The notes under the pieces are model-generated. The model did no database searches, was not told the origin of the DNA, and saw only the letters and a list, made by a program, of their open reading frames with translations. This document shows, one piece after another, positions 27,469-41,854 of a stretch of DNA of 64,000 nucleotides (positions within the stretch are counted from its first letter, which is position 1; each line of letters begins with the position of its first letter). Both the position numbers and the translations under genes were made by a program. This DNA comes from Eledone cirrhosa (lineage: Eukaryota), in assembly GCA_964016885.1 (NCBI GenBank), contig OZ024742.1, positions 59,272,001 through 59,336,000 on the forward strand, given 5' to 3'.

Positions 27469-28013
27469 TAAACTGCATTAGGAGAAAATTAGTGACAGAA
27501 AATTAATATGTTTATTTAAGCGATCGCCACCGGAAGTGTTGACATTTGAAAATTTGAAAGAAGTGAATCTTTAAATAAATAATAAAATATATTTAATGAA
27601 TAGCCACGAAATTTAGTAGATAAATTATGTAATATTCATTCATTATTTATTCAAAGTAATCCAAATTATTTTACTAATGGGATAACAAATTATAAACCGT
27701 ACGCAGTCCCGCGCTTCTTACTTTATTATAGTTTAGATATGCGCATAAAATTATGTTGGGTTATTCCATTGGGTAGTGTCTTATCTAATTGCTTTCACAC
27801 ATCAGAAAGACCCGCTGCAGTTTCAATTAGTATTTCCATCTACATATATACTGAAGGGATATATAAAACAATGATATCAATGTAAAACTCACTATCATCA
27901 AGGTAGTAGTGAACATATATATATGTCGACATATTAGTGAACTAATATATATGTCGCTATATATATAAGTGCCTGTGTGTGTATATCTATATCTATAAAC
28001 TTGTATCTATATA

Positions 28014-28097
<84 letters not shown>

Positions 28098-28179
28098 GGT
28101 TTCCCCAAAGCTGTAAGAGTGTCAGAAATTGTGGAATTAACGAATCAGTATATTAGTGTGTGTGTATATATGTAAATAC

Positions 28180-28222
<43 letters not shown>

Positions 28223-28256
28223 GCACACACACACACACATTGATGATGATGATGAC

Positions 28257-28288
<32 letters not shown>

Positions 28289-28989
28289 CAATGATGATGA
28301 TGAAAGTTAAAATATATGTTTTTAATTTTCTGAACAATTTTTCTGGACGTTCAGATTTATTAATAGTAAATGGGAAATATACTTATGATGGAAATATACT
28401 CATCACGAAATATATTTATTTCAAATGACAATGTTATTTATTGTACATATCAAATATTCTTTTTTTTACATACATAGTCTGGCTTTAATGCTATTGCACT
28501 GATTTGATGAAATACTTTTCTGATTGCTAATGTATGTTTGTGATGAAATATATTTCTGATGGCTGATATGTGGTTTATCGCAACTTAAATGAAAACGAAA
28601 ATATAGATGTATTTAATTAACGTTAAAAGCCTGTCTCAAGCCCGGAGGCACATTAGACCGGTTTTCCTGTCATTAAGGGTCTGAGAGTACAATACTGTTT
28701 CTACAGATTAGAAATAGTGGTTACATGAAATATATAACGAGCCAGAAAGATAAATATATAAATAATTGTTTCTACTTTAGGCACAAGGCCAGAAAAAATA
28801 TATAAATAATGAACACAAACACAAGGATATGGTCCGAACGTGGAAGAGCCGAACACCCACTATCATTTCCTCCATCTCTCTCGCCCTTCCCATCTCTCTG
28901 TACGGTGAGCAAATGGGGTGCCACGTGCTGGCCTCCCCACAGCCCCGGCGGATAGAATGGAGAAGGCGTTTCCCCGGAGGACTAGCCGG

Positions 28990-29110
28990 TACTGCTGGTA
29001 CAGATTCTTAGTTAGGTGTACTGGAACAACGTGAAAGGAAGTGTATTGCTCAAAAACACAACGCAGCACCCTGTCCCGGAATCAAACACGTGACATTATG
29101 ATCTTTTGCA
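28990..29110 (-). mobile_element. Degenerate SINE family B
   Basis: gtactggaacaacgtgaaaggaagtgtattgctcaaaaacacaacgc. Confidence 0.6.
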
Positions 29111-29311
29111 CGCTTACAACATTACTTATACATTCTCTCCGTTTATCTCAAGAACACTTCTGTTTTGCTGTTGCCACATGTTCTTTCCTTCTGTCGCTAT
29201 GTATTTATCTTTCCCTTTTTATCTCACCTTTTCCTCTCTCTACTTTGAAATTCTCTTTTTTAACTTTGCAAGTTATTTCATTAAAATAAAAATATTTTTT
29301 CACGCACATAC

Positions 29312-29380
<69 letters not shown>

Positions 29381-29484
29381 TATATTATATATATATTATA
29401 TTATATTATATTATATATATATATATATATTATATATATATATATATACACACACAAAAATTGATCAATAGTATATATATATAT

Positions 29485-29569
<85 letters not shown>

Positions 29570-31281
29570 ATATACATATACATATATGTGTGTGTATGTG
29601 TGTGTGTGACAGTGTGTGTCTATATATATAAACATATGCATAAATACATTTATATATATATACACACACACGTCACACAGACACGCGCGCGCGCACACAC
29701 ACACACTCACGCGCATATATATATATACATACATACTATTGATCAATATTTTCTTATATTAACACTACCTAAATTATTATTCTCTAGATATCGTTTATCT
29801 ATTAACAATAACCCTTCAGGTATTTTTTTAATACTTTCAGCAGAATCTACTATTTTTTTTACTTATGTGAGCATGTTTGTAGAAATTTCCTTCTAATAAT
29901 ACACATTTAACAGAAGTGATATAACCGATTAAATTGATTCCAATTCTTGGGAATTACATTTTTCTTATTGATATTTGATTGTTTTGTTTAAATTTTAAAC
30001 ATAGTGGGTGATTTTTCTCTGTTAATTCCAAGAATAACTTTAGTTAGTTGTAGTTTCTCATTAGATATTAAAAAATAGAAACTCTGCCGTATATTAAACA
30101 AAAACTAAGTACTCTCAGTGTTATCTTCCTCAGTTATGTACCCAAGTTGCCATGCTATACAGTTAAGTGTGAGTATTTTCAGGTTCTCAACTTAGTCAGA
30201 TATTCTGGTCAGAGCCAGATATTCTAGCAAAGTTACCATTTCGTCTTTTCTCTAAAATATCCCTATCGTCACTATATTGTTCAATGCATCATTCTATCTT
30301 TAAGAAGTTAGGTGTGATTTTAAGAACATTTGTCTGCTATTTCTAGACTGAATAGGCGACCACGTAAAGACAAAAATGACAATTAATTTTTTTTTATTCC
30401 AAAGACATTTTATTGTTGGTGTCGTCGCCTTCGTCGTCGTCGTCATCATCGTCGTTGTTGTCGCTGTTGTTTATTGTATAGCTTTAGGTCAGTTTTAGCC
30501 CGGCATAACGTTGGTAAGGATGCTGTCGGCAGATACTGTTAACAGAAGCGGACTGACCATACATGTTTGGGCAATGCCCGATGAGCTGCTGAATAGGATT
30601 CAGCTGACAAAATACTACCAAAAGTCATATCCGCTGCACAAGGCTGAAAACGAAAATGGAACGCGTTTTAGCTGTATAAATAAACTTCTGGCTCACAGCT
30701 GTCTGACAGTCAGTGTTGCCCGGATACCCAGGTCGGTTTTAAAACCCGGTCAACATCTGATTAGTGGAATATTCCACAACTCCTGCTTAAATCTAATGAG
30801 ATAACCGTCATGTTGATCAAACTGGAAACCGAAACATAGAGCGGTCAGATTACTTCCTAATAATCATCAGTAATATTTGGTATTTTATTGCAGCTAAAAA
30901 CTGCGCAATAATGTGTAGACATTCTCAAAATTAAAAACAAACAAAACAAAACGAAACAAAATTCAGAGCGGCCTCTCCGAACCCTGCTAAAAAAATAATT
31001 AAAAATCCACAGAAATAATGTGATTATTAGATGAGTTAATGAATGAATATTTCTCTAGTTACATTCACAACGGAGTTATAATTTTGTGTGAATTAACCAT
31101 GAAAATCAAAAGTTAATTAAATACAACTGAAATTATAAATTCTAGAAATATATTGAATTAGATAATTCCTCATTAGTGGTTGTTTACTTATTACACAATA
31201 AAAAAATTTTATGGAAAAATTATGAAAGCAACAGAAACATCAGTGATGATAAAAAGAAGCGACTTATGTTTATATATGTGT

Positions 31282-31365
31282 TTTATCCGTTTACGTTTCG
31301 CACACATATATACGAAATGTAAAGAGATAAACAACACAGCAAAACGATGTGAAATGAAACGTCTT

Positions 31366-31456
<91 letters not shown>

Positions 31457-31591
31457 CTCACACACACGCATATGTATATATGTGTGTATGTGCGTGTATG
31501 TATGTGTATATAAGACGTTTCTTTTCTCATCGTTTTGCTATGTTGATTATCTGTTTACATTTCGTATATATGCGAAACTTAAACGGATAAA
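31282..31591. repeat. Diverged inverted repeat (about 85-bp arms) around a (CA)n(TA)n tract
   Basis: 31282-31368 mirrors 31510-31591. Confidence 0.88.
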
Positions 31592-31739
31592 CACCACAGC
31601 AAAACGATACAGTACAATGGAAAGGTATATTAGTTTAACGCTTGATATAGTAGGAAAAGTCTCTTAACGTTTCGGCCTTTTGTCCTTTATCAGACGATGG
31701 GATGAAAAATAAAAGAAATAGAAAGATCGAGTTCATTAT

Positions 31740-32545
31740 TTACATGAACAGGATTGACATACGCAGCCGTGTTAGAAATGAATACTTGACTGGCGGGTAT
31801 GAAAGCAGTCGGCTGGAATATTCAGACGACATGGTGTTACTTAACTCGACAGACGGTGATCTCCGAATTGTACTCGATAGATTAGATGCCGAGGATGCAT
31901 GGCTAGAATGAAATCAGTGCTGCGTGAACTGAGACGCTCGTAGGCTCAAAGAAACCTGCACAGTGCACTCTACATGTAGATGGAGTTCCACTGAAGCAGG
32001 TAGAGAAGTTCAAATATCTAGGGGCTATGTTCAAGAGTGATGGAAGGCAGGAGGCTGAATTAAGTGCAAAAATTGCAGAAACTGGTGCAGTAATGCGTCA
32101 GCTTCAGCATTGAGTATTCAGAAGGGAGGTAGGCGTAAAAAAGAAAATCGCTATCTTCAATTCAGTATTCGTATCAACCTTTACCTATGGTCATCAATCT
32201 TGGGTAATGACTGAAAGAATTGGATAGCGAATACAAGCAGCCGAAATGGGGGTTCCCCCGAAAGGTCTTTGGAGAAACATTACTCGAAAGAGTGCGTAGC
32301 TCGGGGATCAGAGAGGCACTCAAGGTAGAGCCGCTATTTCTCCGAATTGAGAGCCTTTACTAGCAAAACTAGCCGCCAGGATACCCAGGTGTAGATCCTG
32401 ATCAAGATAATTGGAGAACATCCAAGAGTTTGGCTTGTCACGCTTGGGAATCCAGCCGGATCAGTTGGAGACGGTTGCTTCTGACAGGACTTGCTGGAAG
32501 GAATGTTTGAGGACTCTGTCCCCACGACCTCTCAGGAGTCCCAGA
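31740..32545 (+). mobile_element. RTE-clade LINE 3' fragment
   Basis: EYSDDMVLL; VDGVPLKQVEKFKYLG; TYGHQSWVMT; RIQAAEM. Confidence 0.8.
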
Positions 32546-32805
32546 AACACATCGAGTATTTCTATCGATTTCTATCGATTCATATCTACTCTAGACGGTC
32601 CAGGTTAATATTCGACCTGTTCGTATTTATCGTAGTTGTGGTAAAAGTATATGGTCGCTTTTCATTGTGTCACACTTTCTTAACTTTGTGTTCACTCTGC
32701 ACGAAAATGTATTAAATTTTCGCACCATTGATTGCTTTGTGACTGCCTCAAACAATTCGATTGGTATCTGCTATATTGCTGCTTCGATTTATACATATTA
32801 TATAG

Positions 32806-33121
32806 GGTAAAGTGTAAAGATCCCCTTCAGTCACGAATGACCATGGGATTGCACTTTAAAAGCTGCACTCCGAGGCACAAGTCCGGGCAAGGTTATTTGT
32901 AGAAAGTCAGCCGTCTCCCCTCTCTACACCAAGCCAAAGACAATGGCCGATACAGCTTTGCATCAGTGACGTCGCAGCTCATTTCTACAGCTGAGTGATC
33001 TGGAGCAACATGAAATAAAGTGTCTTGTTCAAGAACACAACGAAAATTCCGGTCCAGGAATCGAACTCTGAACCTCACAATTGTATACCCGACGCTCGAA
33101 CCACTAAGCCATGCGCCTTCA
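32806..33121 (-). mobile_element. SINE family B copy with a distinct tail
   Basis: tggagcaacatgaaataaagtgtcttgttcaagaacacaac, ggaatcgaactc, ccactaagccatgcgcc. Confidence 0.75.
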
Positions 33122-33385
33122 CACACACCCATAGATATATATAAGGGAGATAAGGGTAGTAAGAGAGAAAGAGAGGATGTTATACTGTGCTATTTATAGA
33201 TATTGATAGTGAATACTTTGAAAAAAATGTTGATATATCTAATGATATATCAACCCTACCAAAATAAAACATCTATAGACACACAAAAAATTATGGGCAT
33301 ATAGCCATGACCGCAGATATAAGGCAGGAACCTATTACACTTGATAGAATCATATACATACACAGACATATACAGACATACACAG

Positions 33386-33445
<60 letters not shown>

Positions 33446-33783
33446 AATATATATATACATACAAACACACACACACAAAAATACGTCCAATACATACCAT
33501 CAAACGTAAAGTACATTGGGAAATATAACATATCTGACACTCACATACATATGCGAATTGACTACTCCTAACACCAATATATAAACTGACATTGTAATAT
33601 ATATCAAATTTCAAACATATATTTGATATCCAATCGTGCTTAATGATATTTAGATATTTGTGTCTAAGAAAAGATTCCGTTATCAATCTTATCATCAGAA
33701 TCTGATGAGTTTATATTAACTCACTTTACCAAATCTCGCCTATGCTATCAAACCTAAATATTGTAGACAGCCATAAAATCATA

Positions 33784-35510
33784 TCTATAATACTTATAAA
33801 AAGAAAGTTTGTTTGTTTTTACGTTGACCGCTAATAACACTAAATAAAATAGATAATAATTAAGGTTTTACGTGTTTTCAACTAATCTGACCTCCAACAT
33901 GATTGCTATCGACTTATTTACCGAAACCGGAATGGGGATGACAATGTGAGGGAGAATTTACTGCTCTTTCTAGCACACAGGTATTGTCTGTTCGTCCATC
34001 ATGCTATTCATACATAGAGAGGGAAATACTACTCCCCTCTCACTCAGTCTAGCCCCTCTCTAACTAACTAAAACTTTTTTTTTAGGTGTTTTCGTTTGTT
34101 TTCGATCTGACATCTGACTCATTCGCAACGACTCCTTTTCCCGCTAACGGAGACGAGGATGAAGCAGGGGCACTTGGAGTTACAGATAAGCACATCTCAG
34201 CCGTTTAAATTTATAGAAAAAGTTTTTCCTATTTTTATTTTTTCGTGTGTTTTCAACTAATCTGATTTCAATCATGGTCGCAATCACCCCCTTCCTGAAA
34301 ACAGGTTAGTGGTGGGGTGAATCTATAAAGTATATGTCAACAGTTATTCCGATGCTGCCATGTTTTCGTGACAAAAATGAAATATGTTCGCCGAGGTATC
34401 CAACTTCCAGCACGGCCGATATATCGGCAGTAAAGGAGGCGAGGGGTTGACCTCGGATTTTTCCAGCCTCGGAGATTTTTCAGTGGGAATTTTTTCCTTT
34501 CTAGATTTTTTTCGTTTGTTTTCGGCCGATCTGACATCCGACCCAGTCGTCAACGACTCCTTTTTCCAAAACGGGTGACGGGAAATGAGAGGGAGTTACA
34601 GACCCTCGGAGTTACAGATAAGCACATCTCAGTCGTTTAAATTTATAGAAAAGCATCCACTGGTGATCGCGAAGAAAAGTTTTGGGAAGGTAGGGTGTCC
34701 TAGGAGTTACAGATAAGCACCAATCAGCCGTTTAAATCCATAGAAAAGCAATCGCTTGATTTTGAAGGGTATTTTCATCCTTCAGCATTTTCTACTGTTG
34801 TGGAAAGCGTTGTAAACTAAATCAAGTGTTCCCCAATTTCAAGATCCACTATTCCAACGAGAAGTGGCTGTGTGAAAGAGCAATCATGCTTCTCAGAAAC
34901 ATGAATCAGCCATGATTGTGCAACAGGATGCGCATGGTTGTGACTGAGTTACGGTCTCACATTATCAAAGCTAAATCGTCACTGGATGTGGCAAGGGAGA
35001 CATATCTATACTTAGATTACTGCCAATACCAATATATGTTCATTTTCGTTTCAAACGATTGCAATTCCAAGTGGGAGTCAGTTACAGAATGACGATTAAC
35101 AAGTCTCAAGGTCAAACACTACAGGTTGTCTGTCTCCATTCGAAGAGGACTGTTCATCTCGAAGAGGACTGTTTCTCACATGGTCAGTTTCATGTAGGTT
35201 GTTCCAGAGTAGGAAACCCCCATAAAATCTATATATATATGCTCCAAAGAAAAAAGTTTAAAACATTGTATATACTGAACTTTTATAAATGTTTTTATAA
35301 TTTTCGTAGAATACATTTTCCTATTACTTTCTTCATTACTTTCTGTATTTAGATATTCTAAAAAAATCTTTTTAGATAATCTTATGCAATATGTAAGTAC
35401 CTTTTGACATCTGTTTTAAGGAAAAGGAGCATTACGATAAATGCCAATAGGTGCCTTATAAATTGATTTGAATACAGTACAGAACGGGGTGAAGGCCGGG
35501 TGGCAGCTAG
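33784..35510 (+). mobile_element. Non-autonomous Helitron with a Pif1 helicase C-terminal remnant
   Basis: 5' A|TC at 33783/33784. 3' GC-rich stretch cggggtgaaggccgggtggc then CTAG|T at 35507-35511. Remnant IMLLRNMN..LCN..RLQFQV..MTINKSQGQTL..FSHGQFHVGCSRV at about 34880-35220. Confidence 0.75.
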
Positions 35511-36169
35511 TAATATATATAAGGCTATATAATCTTACACATTTGTCAGTTGAATAACGGAAATGCAGTCACCGGTTTCAAGTTTCAATTGATATATTTC
35601 ATCATAAACACTGCTGGGATTTTGATTTTTTGATGTGCTGTGTTTTGTTTGTTGTTAAACTGGTTGTCAATTTTACCCCGGTGGCACCCAAGGCTTCCAA
35701 CGACGGTTAAAAGTAAACGAAGGGATTTCATGTGTCTAAAGTAAAGTAAGCTCTAATGATTTTATGATGTTTGGTTTTATATAAATTAAACGTTAATTAT
35801 GCCTCAGCAATAATTGATGGAGCGACAAATAGATAGAGAGACATAGATAGATAGATAGATAGAAGTTGGTGAGAGAGACAAATAGAGATTGATAAATAGA
35901 GATAGAGAGAGAGATAGAGAGTGAGTTATATTGACATAGTTAAATTCTTCTGAAATATTTTATTGTGTCGTGGCTAATTTGATAAAGAAAACAAATAGAA
36001 AAAAGATCAAAAGAGAATTACCTAAAATGTTATCTTCTCTTTTGAATGATGATTATGAATTGAATTATGTATATCACACTTTCTTTATTGTCTGCACGAC
36101 ATATTATTCTCCCCCCCCCATCTCTCTCTCTCTCTCTCTCCCTCTCTCCTTCCCCTCTCTCACACACAC

Positions 36170-36830
36170 ACACATGATGGACCAGAGTCGTTTCCGACAG
36201 AGAGTGCTACAATTGATTCAATCAATGAAGCAGCATGCTCGTGAAAATAACGTGGTTGAAAATTTCACAGACACGTGCACCCGAGAGATCGAGCGTGATA
36301 CAATATATGACAAGGATGGTCCCTAGAGATACAATTCATCATTATCAGCTGTTTGGACAGAAGCAGCGTGAAATAGTGTCACGTAAAAGGAGTCAATGTA
36401 CTGCCCTCTCCAGGAACAAAAAGATCACGATCTTTCAAAGTTCACGACGCTACGTGCCTTCATTAAGGAAAAAAAAATATATATATGAATACATATACAT
36501 ATAGAGTAGTGGCACTTCGTCGGTTACGACGACGAGTATTCCTGTTGATGCGATCAATGTAACAGCTTGCACGTGAAATTAACGTGCAAGTGGCTGACCA
36601 TTCTACAAGCACGTGTACCTTTTAACGTAGTTCTCAGGGAGATTTAACGTGACACAAAATGTGACAAGGCTACCCCTTAGAATTACAGGTACAACTCATT
36701 TTTGCCAGTTAAGTGGACTGGAGCAACGTGAAATAAATTGTTTTGCTCAAGGACACAGCACACCGCAGGGAATCGAACTCACGACGTTACGATTATTAAT
36801 CGAATACACTAACCACAAAGCAACGCGCAT
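36170..36830 (-). mobile_element. Two SINE family B copies
   Basis: Copies at about 36170-36460 and 36510-36830; tttttgccagttaagtggactggagcaacgtgaaataaa and ggaatcgaactc. Confidence 0.75.
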
Positions 36831-37367
36831 GCATATACACACACGCGCGCACACACACACTCACACACACACGCACATATACTCACACACACATATCTAT
36901 ACATATATATAAAACTGTAGTTTTCCGTGTGTGTGTCCTCATTTTTGCAAAGTCTATACAAATCCACATTTCTACTTCGATTGACTTCAAACTTGCATTT
37001 ATATATTCCTTGCGGTCTAAAGATATTAACTGCAGGTTTTATTTTTCAATTTTCTATTGTTAAAGGGGTGTTAGGCGCCGGTTATCTATCTCCGCCGCGC
37101 CCTTATAATATCTGTTTGTATGCCTGGCTGTCTGCATTACGACATTATGATAAACACTGATGACGTATTATGTTCGCTATTTTCCGGTCATTGCCAGGGA
37201 ACGTCTTCACGAACCAAAGTATCGTCTTCCTGTTTCCCTTCGGTTGCAACGTTTTTCGAAATATTTACTTCTGCGTTAACAGATTGAATTTTTTTCGTTT
37301 CAGAAGATCCCGTTAAGGGTGAAAGCAGCGATTCTTTGCTTAAACTTTAATTTGCTATTTTAGTATA

Positions 37368-37553
37368 TAATTGTTTCTACTTTTGGCACAAGGCCAGCAA
37401 TTTCCCAGTGCATTACTGGTACTTTATTTTATCGACCCCGTAAGGATGAAAGGCAAAGTTAACCTCAGCGGGATTTGAACTGAGAATGGCAAGCGCCGTA
37501 ACTCGATGCGTCAAAGCATGGCGTCCAACCCTCTACCTATACTGCCAATCCAC
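37368..37553 (-). mobile_element. SINE family A with 16-bp TSD
   Basis: TSD tattttagtatataat at 37356-37371 and 37556-37571. Confidence 0.88.
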
Positions 37554-37769
37554 CATATTTTAGTATATAATATAAGCGAGGCAAGCCAACCCAGTTGCCA
37601 CTTCTTGCCAATAAACATTAACCCTTTACCCGCCATTCATCTAACTGTAGACCAACAAATACCAGCTAAACGGAGCGTTGACAAGAACGATGGCGAATGA
37701 ATCTTCGAGGTAAGCAGTTTCCGCCCGAGCTGTTAGTTCACGCGGGATTCTCTGCTACACCTTTTCGTA

Positions 37770-37888
37770 ATAATTGTTTCTACTTTTAGCACAAGGCCAG
37801 TAATTATCCCAGTGTATTACGTTTACTTTATTTTATCGACCCATAAGGATGAAAGGCAAAGTTAACCTCGGCGGGATTTGAACTCAGA
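37770..37888 (-). mobile_element. Truncated SINE family A
   Basis: Tail, core and B box present. Confidence 0.85.
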
Positions 37889-37894
37889 TTTAAA

Positions 37895-38602
37895 AACCCA
37901 TCAGTACATGATGTGATTTGGTTTTTCTCAAATGAGAAAATCTTTGACCAGAAAACTAAATGACAGGTGGCTATGTGCAGACCCTTCTGAGGTTCCAAGA
38001 GTAATGCATACAACATTTCCTGCAAGTGTCATGGTTTTGGGTGTTGTTAGCAATGAAGGACATGTGATGCCTCCCCCCTTTTTCCACAAGACCTTAGGGT
38101 GAATGCTGCAGCGTATATTGAGGTTCTGGATAACATTGTTAAGCCTTGGATCAGCAGTGTATGCAATGGAAGGCCTTATGTCTTTCAACAAGATTCTGCA
38201 CCATCACACAAGAATCAAATGACATAAGAATGGATGGCCGTAAAATTGCATGATCACATCACACCAACATTTTGCTACCTATTTCTCAAGGACTACTATG
38301 TATAGAGCATCGTTGAGAAAAATGTCAATGAACACCCCCATAGCACCAAAGATTATTTGAAAGCCGCCATAGTTCGAGTCTGTCCGATATGAACAAGGAC
38401 CACTTAATCCGAGCTTGTAAACGATTTCAACCACACGTAGAGGCAGTAATTGATGCTTATGGTGGTTTTATTGAATGAAATTATTAAATTAATAGATTAG
38501 CTTTATGTTCATGTTATGTTTTTATAAGAACACAGTTTTTTTCTGTTATTATATAAGCGTTTGTTTTAAACCATAAATTTCTCCTCAAATACCGACCCCA
38601 CC

Positions 38603-38605
<3 letters not shown>
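37895..38605 (+). mobile_element. Tc1/mariner (DD37D maT-like) transposase relic, 3' half
   Basis: FPASVMVLGVVSNEGHVMPP; PYVFQQDSAPSH; DYYV.SIVE. Terminus caccctg|TA next to (TA)n. Confidence 0.75.
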
Positions 38606-38682
<77 letters not shown>

Positions 38683-39399
38683 CTGTGTTTGTGCTTGCTT
38701 GTGTGTGTGTTTATGGGTGTGAGTGTATGTATATACATATATATATATGTTCATATATAAGTGTTTGTGTTTAGGTATATGTATATATGTGGCTATAAAT
38801 ACGATTGTTTATATATATATGCTTATATTTTTCAATGTACACAAACATTTGTATTTTGTGTGAGTGTGCCAGTATTTCCAATGCCTGATAATAAGTTTAT
38901 GCGTAGACTTTCTTTAATATTATATACACTTATTTTTTTGTTTCAGTTAAGTGAATGCGTTTTATTTGAAAGGAAAACTAAATGTTTTTCTATTCCATTT
39001 TGTGTGTATATTGTAGCAAGTTTTCTTTTACTGTGTTACTCTTCTCACCTCTGCAGGTTTTTAACTGGCTTTCTATGAATATGTTTCTCCCAGGAAGTTT
39101 TTAGGGAGCTTTAATGATTATGGTTCAAAGCCTATCATTCTCATACGGGTATATGTTAGTGTTACTATATTCGTGGATGTATATCTGTGTTAGCAGGTGT
39201 TTCTGTATATTCCAAGCGTAAAGTAAATGTTTGTGCGTGTATATGTTAGTTTTAATATATTTATATATGTACGTATTTATGTGTGTAGTTATGTATGTAT
39301 GCATTTACCTATTTATGTACATTTGTATGTATGTATGTATGCATGTATGCATGTATGTATGTATGTTCTTCTGGTTTTATAATTCTATACATTTTTACC

Positions 39400-40370
39400 A
39401 ATAGAGAAAGTCGGTTTCCAACATAGATACAAGACTATCTCCTTTATATTGGCATCTACTGGGCAGCTAACTTCCACTACTGTGCATGCCTTTTTTTCCC
39501 TGTCCCACATCATTATATCTGTTCTGTTATGTTTGAATTTTATTGGCGTTTTTACTGGAACATTCCGCCAGTACTCTTTCATATTATGTATGTACATATC
39601 TTCCACATTCCTGTAACTTTTAATATGTTTATTGTCGGGGCTATCTTTTTTACGGATTGCATTGTACAGTGTTTTGGCCACTGCATCATACCTCATAGGT
39701 AGATAGTACCATGAGGACATCTTTGGACAGCTGCTTATGACATGGGTGACATCTTTGGTGTTAATTCTGCAGAGTCTGCATTTGTTGTCACATCTAGGTG
39801 TTTTGCCTACCTCCCTATCTCGTTTGTGAATCAGGTATTATATGTTGACTTCCTGTTCTTGGATTGCAAAAGCGTATCCTTCAAAGTGGGAGCCAATATA
39901 GCATTTGTTAGTCGAAGATAGACTACTTTGTTTATCTATATTACTCTCACTATGGAGCTTCCTGGCAACATATCCATGCATGATTTTTTGCTGATCAGCA
40001 TGCAGTTTCTCAGCCATGGATTCGCTGCGGTACTGCTGGGCAATTTCCCTGGGTGTGAGTTTTTGATTATCATGCAGGGAGTATCTTACGAGGAGTTCCT
40101 TCCCAACTCTCATGGTATTATCTATCTCATGCAAACAGACATGCCTAATAGATGTGCTCCTACGCTTGGAGGTTGGTAAATGTTGTTGCAGGGATATAAA
40201 GGAACACTCAAAGCTGTCTGGACTTTTGATAGACCTCTGCCTTCCTGCTAACATTTTAAGTAGAAGTGGTCTATGTCACTGTTGATGTGGAAGGTTGCGG
40301 TGTCGTTTAGAATTTTTCGAGTTTTAACATCAATTGCTCGGATTTCATCTATATTCCAATCGAGTATTTC
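39400..40370 (-). mobile_element. Second R4/Dong-like LINE 3' fragment (different family)
   Basis: HINSDIDHFY; FEGYAFAIQEQEV; CRLC..DVTHVISSC; HNRTDIMMWD..VVEVSCPVD. Confidence 0.8.
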
Positions 40371-40926
40371 AAACGTTGATGTTAGGACAGGCACAGCAAA
40401 CATATTTACAATTACACCTGCACTGAAATCAACCCACAATACTACTTCGATGGAAACCGGAATAGGGTTCAAATTACACACACCCTTTTACCCAAAATCT
40501 TGAATGGCTTCGGTCAAGACGACCACGTGGGATTACGGCATAACACATGCTATGAAGCAGCATTACACATCCAAACGCCCTCCCCGTTGACGATTACGCG
40601 TATCAGTGACTCCAACCAACAATGCTACTTCAATGGAAACACCAAAACTTACCATTCCAGATGCCTAGCCATTCGTTACTTCAAAACTGCAGCAAACTTT
40701 CTCAGAATCTCCCCATTATAACCACAGCATCGAAGAAAACATCGTATCAATGATTTCCCATAGAAAACGTATTATGAATATATACATGTATACATATAAA
40801 AGTTGACGGCCAGAGGTTGGGTTATATCCGAATAGTAGAGCATTTAGTCCATGGGATATTTGAGGTGAAGCAAATTCTGCTTGGTAATGGTGTAATAACT
40901 GTTATGGAACTAATTCGCTCCCCCCA

Positions 40927-40989
<63 letters not shown>

Positions 40990-41655
40990 ATATATATATA
41001 TATATATAATAGTGATGTGAGTGAGAGTAAATTTTGCTCATTTACTAGGTATATTTTAGTTCAGTGAAATAATAGGGTTCATGAGAAGGAACAATAGTCA
41101 GTGATTAAATGCTAATTATTTTTTTGTAAGCAAATTGTATTTCCTCTTACTTTCACCCACTCCCTCTCTGCTAGTCATCCTCTCTCCGCTAACTCACTAC
41201 CTCCCTCGTCCGCCACTGTACGCAGCCTCTTCTCTTGCTAACACTGCTACAGCTAAGACGTGTCTTTTTTTCTCTCTCGTCAAAATTCGCCAGTTCTTAC
41301 GTTCGAAATGTGTTGTAGACTTGATATTTTTTCTATTTTTCCTCTCTTTACGTTGCTTCACCCTTCGAGTCTGTTTACGTGTTTTCTCCCACCCCCTTCT
41401 TTTATCCCAATAACTTATTTTAGTTATTGTTCGCCCTAGGCTGAGGTATATTGTCTCTAACACGAAGAAATACCAATGATTCCTAGTAAACAACTAACGA
41501 GGATACTCCTCTCTTTCGCCCGTAACTTTTATTTTCATTATACTTAATTGCAACCACACAGCTCGCCATTTTATACACATATATATATACAGTGGTCGAA
41601 CACTGGAAGGTAATATCCGTAGTGGTAGAGCACTCAGTCCATGGGACGAGTTAGG

Positions 41656-41813
41656 TAGAAGTGGTTACACAACAGTTAGTTCACCATACCGAGAACAATT
41701 GTTTCACCTTAGCGGATCCTCCGCTCGGAATGGGCATGGTTATAGGAACATAACCATGTTCCTATAACCATGTTATAGGAACAGGTATGGTGAACTAACT
41801 GTTGTGTAACCAC

Positions 41814-41818
<5 letters not shown>
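41656..41818. repeat. 35-bp inverted repeat enclosing a hammerhead-like motif
   Basis: tagaagtggttacacaacagttagttcaccatacc mirrors ggtatggtgaactaactgttgtgtaaccacttcta. Confidence 0.9.
41689..41728 (-). ncRNA. Minimal type I hammerhead-like motif (U4G variant)
   Basis: Minus strand: ccgag CGGAGGA tcc-gctaa-ggt GAAA caattg TT ctcgg. Confidence 0.55.

Positions 41819-41854
<36 letters not shown>

Noticed and set aside
33691-33725. CTGATGA within the palindrome tcatcagaatctgatga
   Set aside because: No GAAA or stem III follows.
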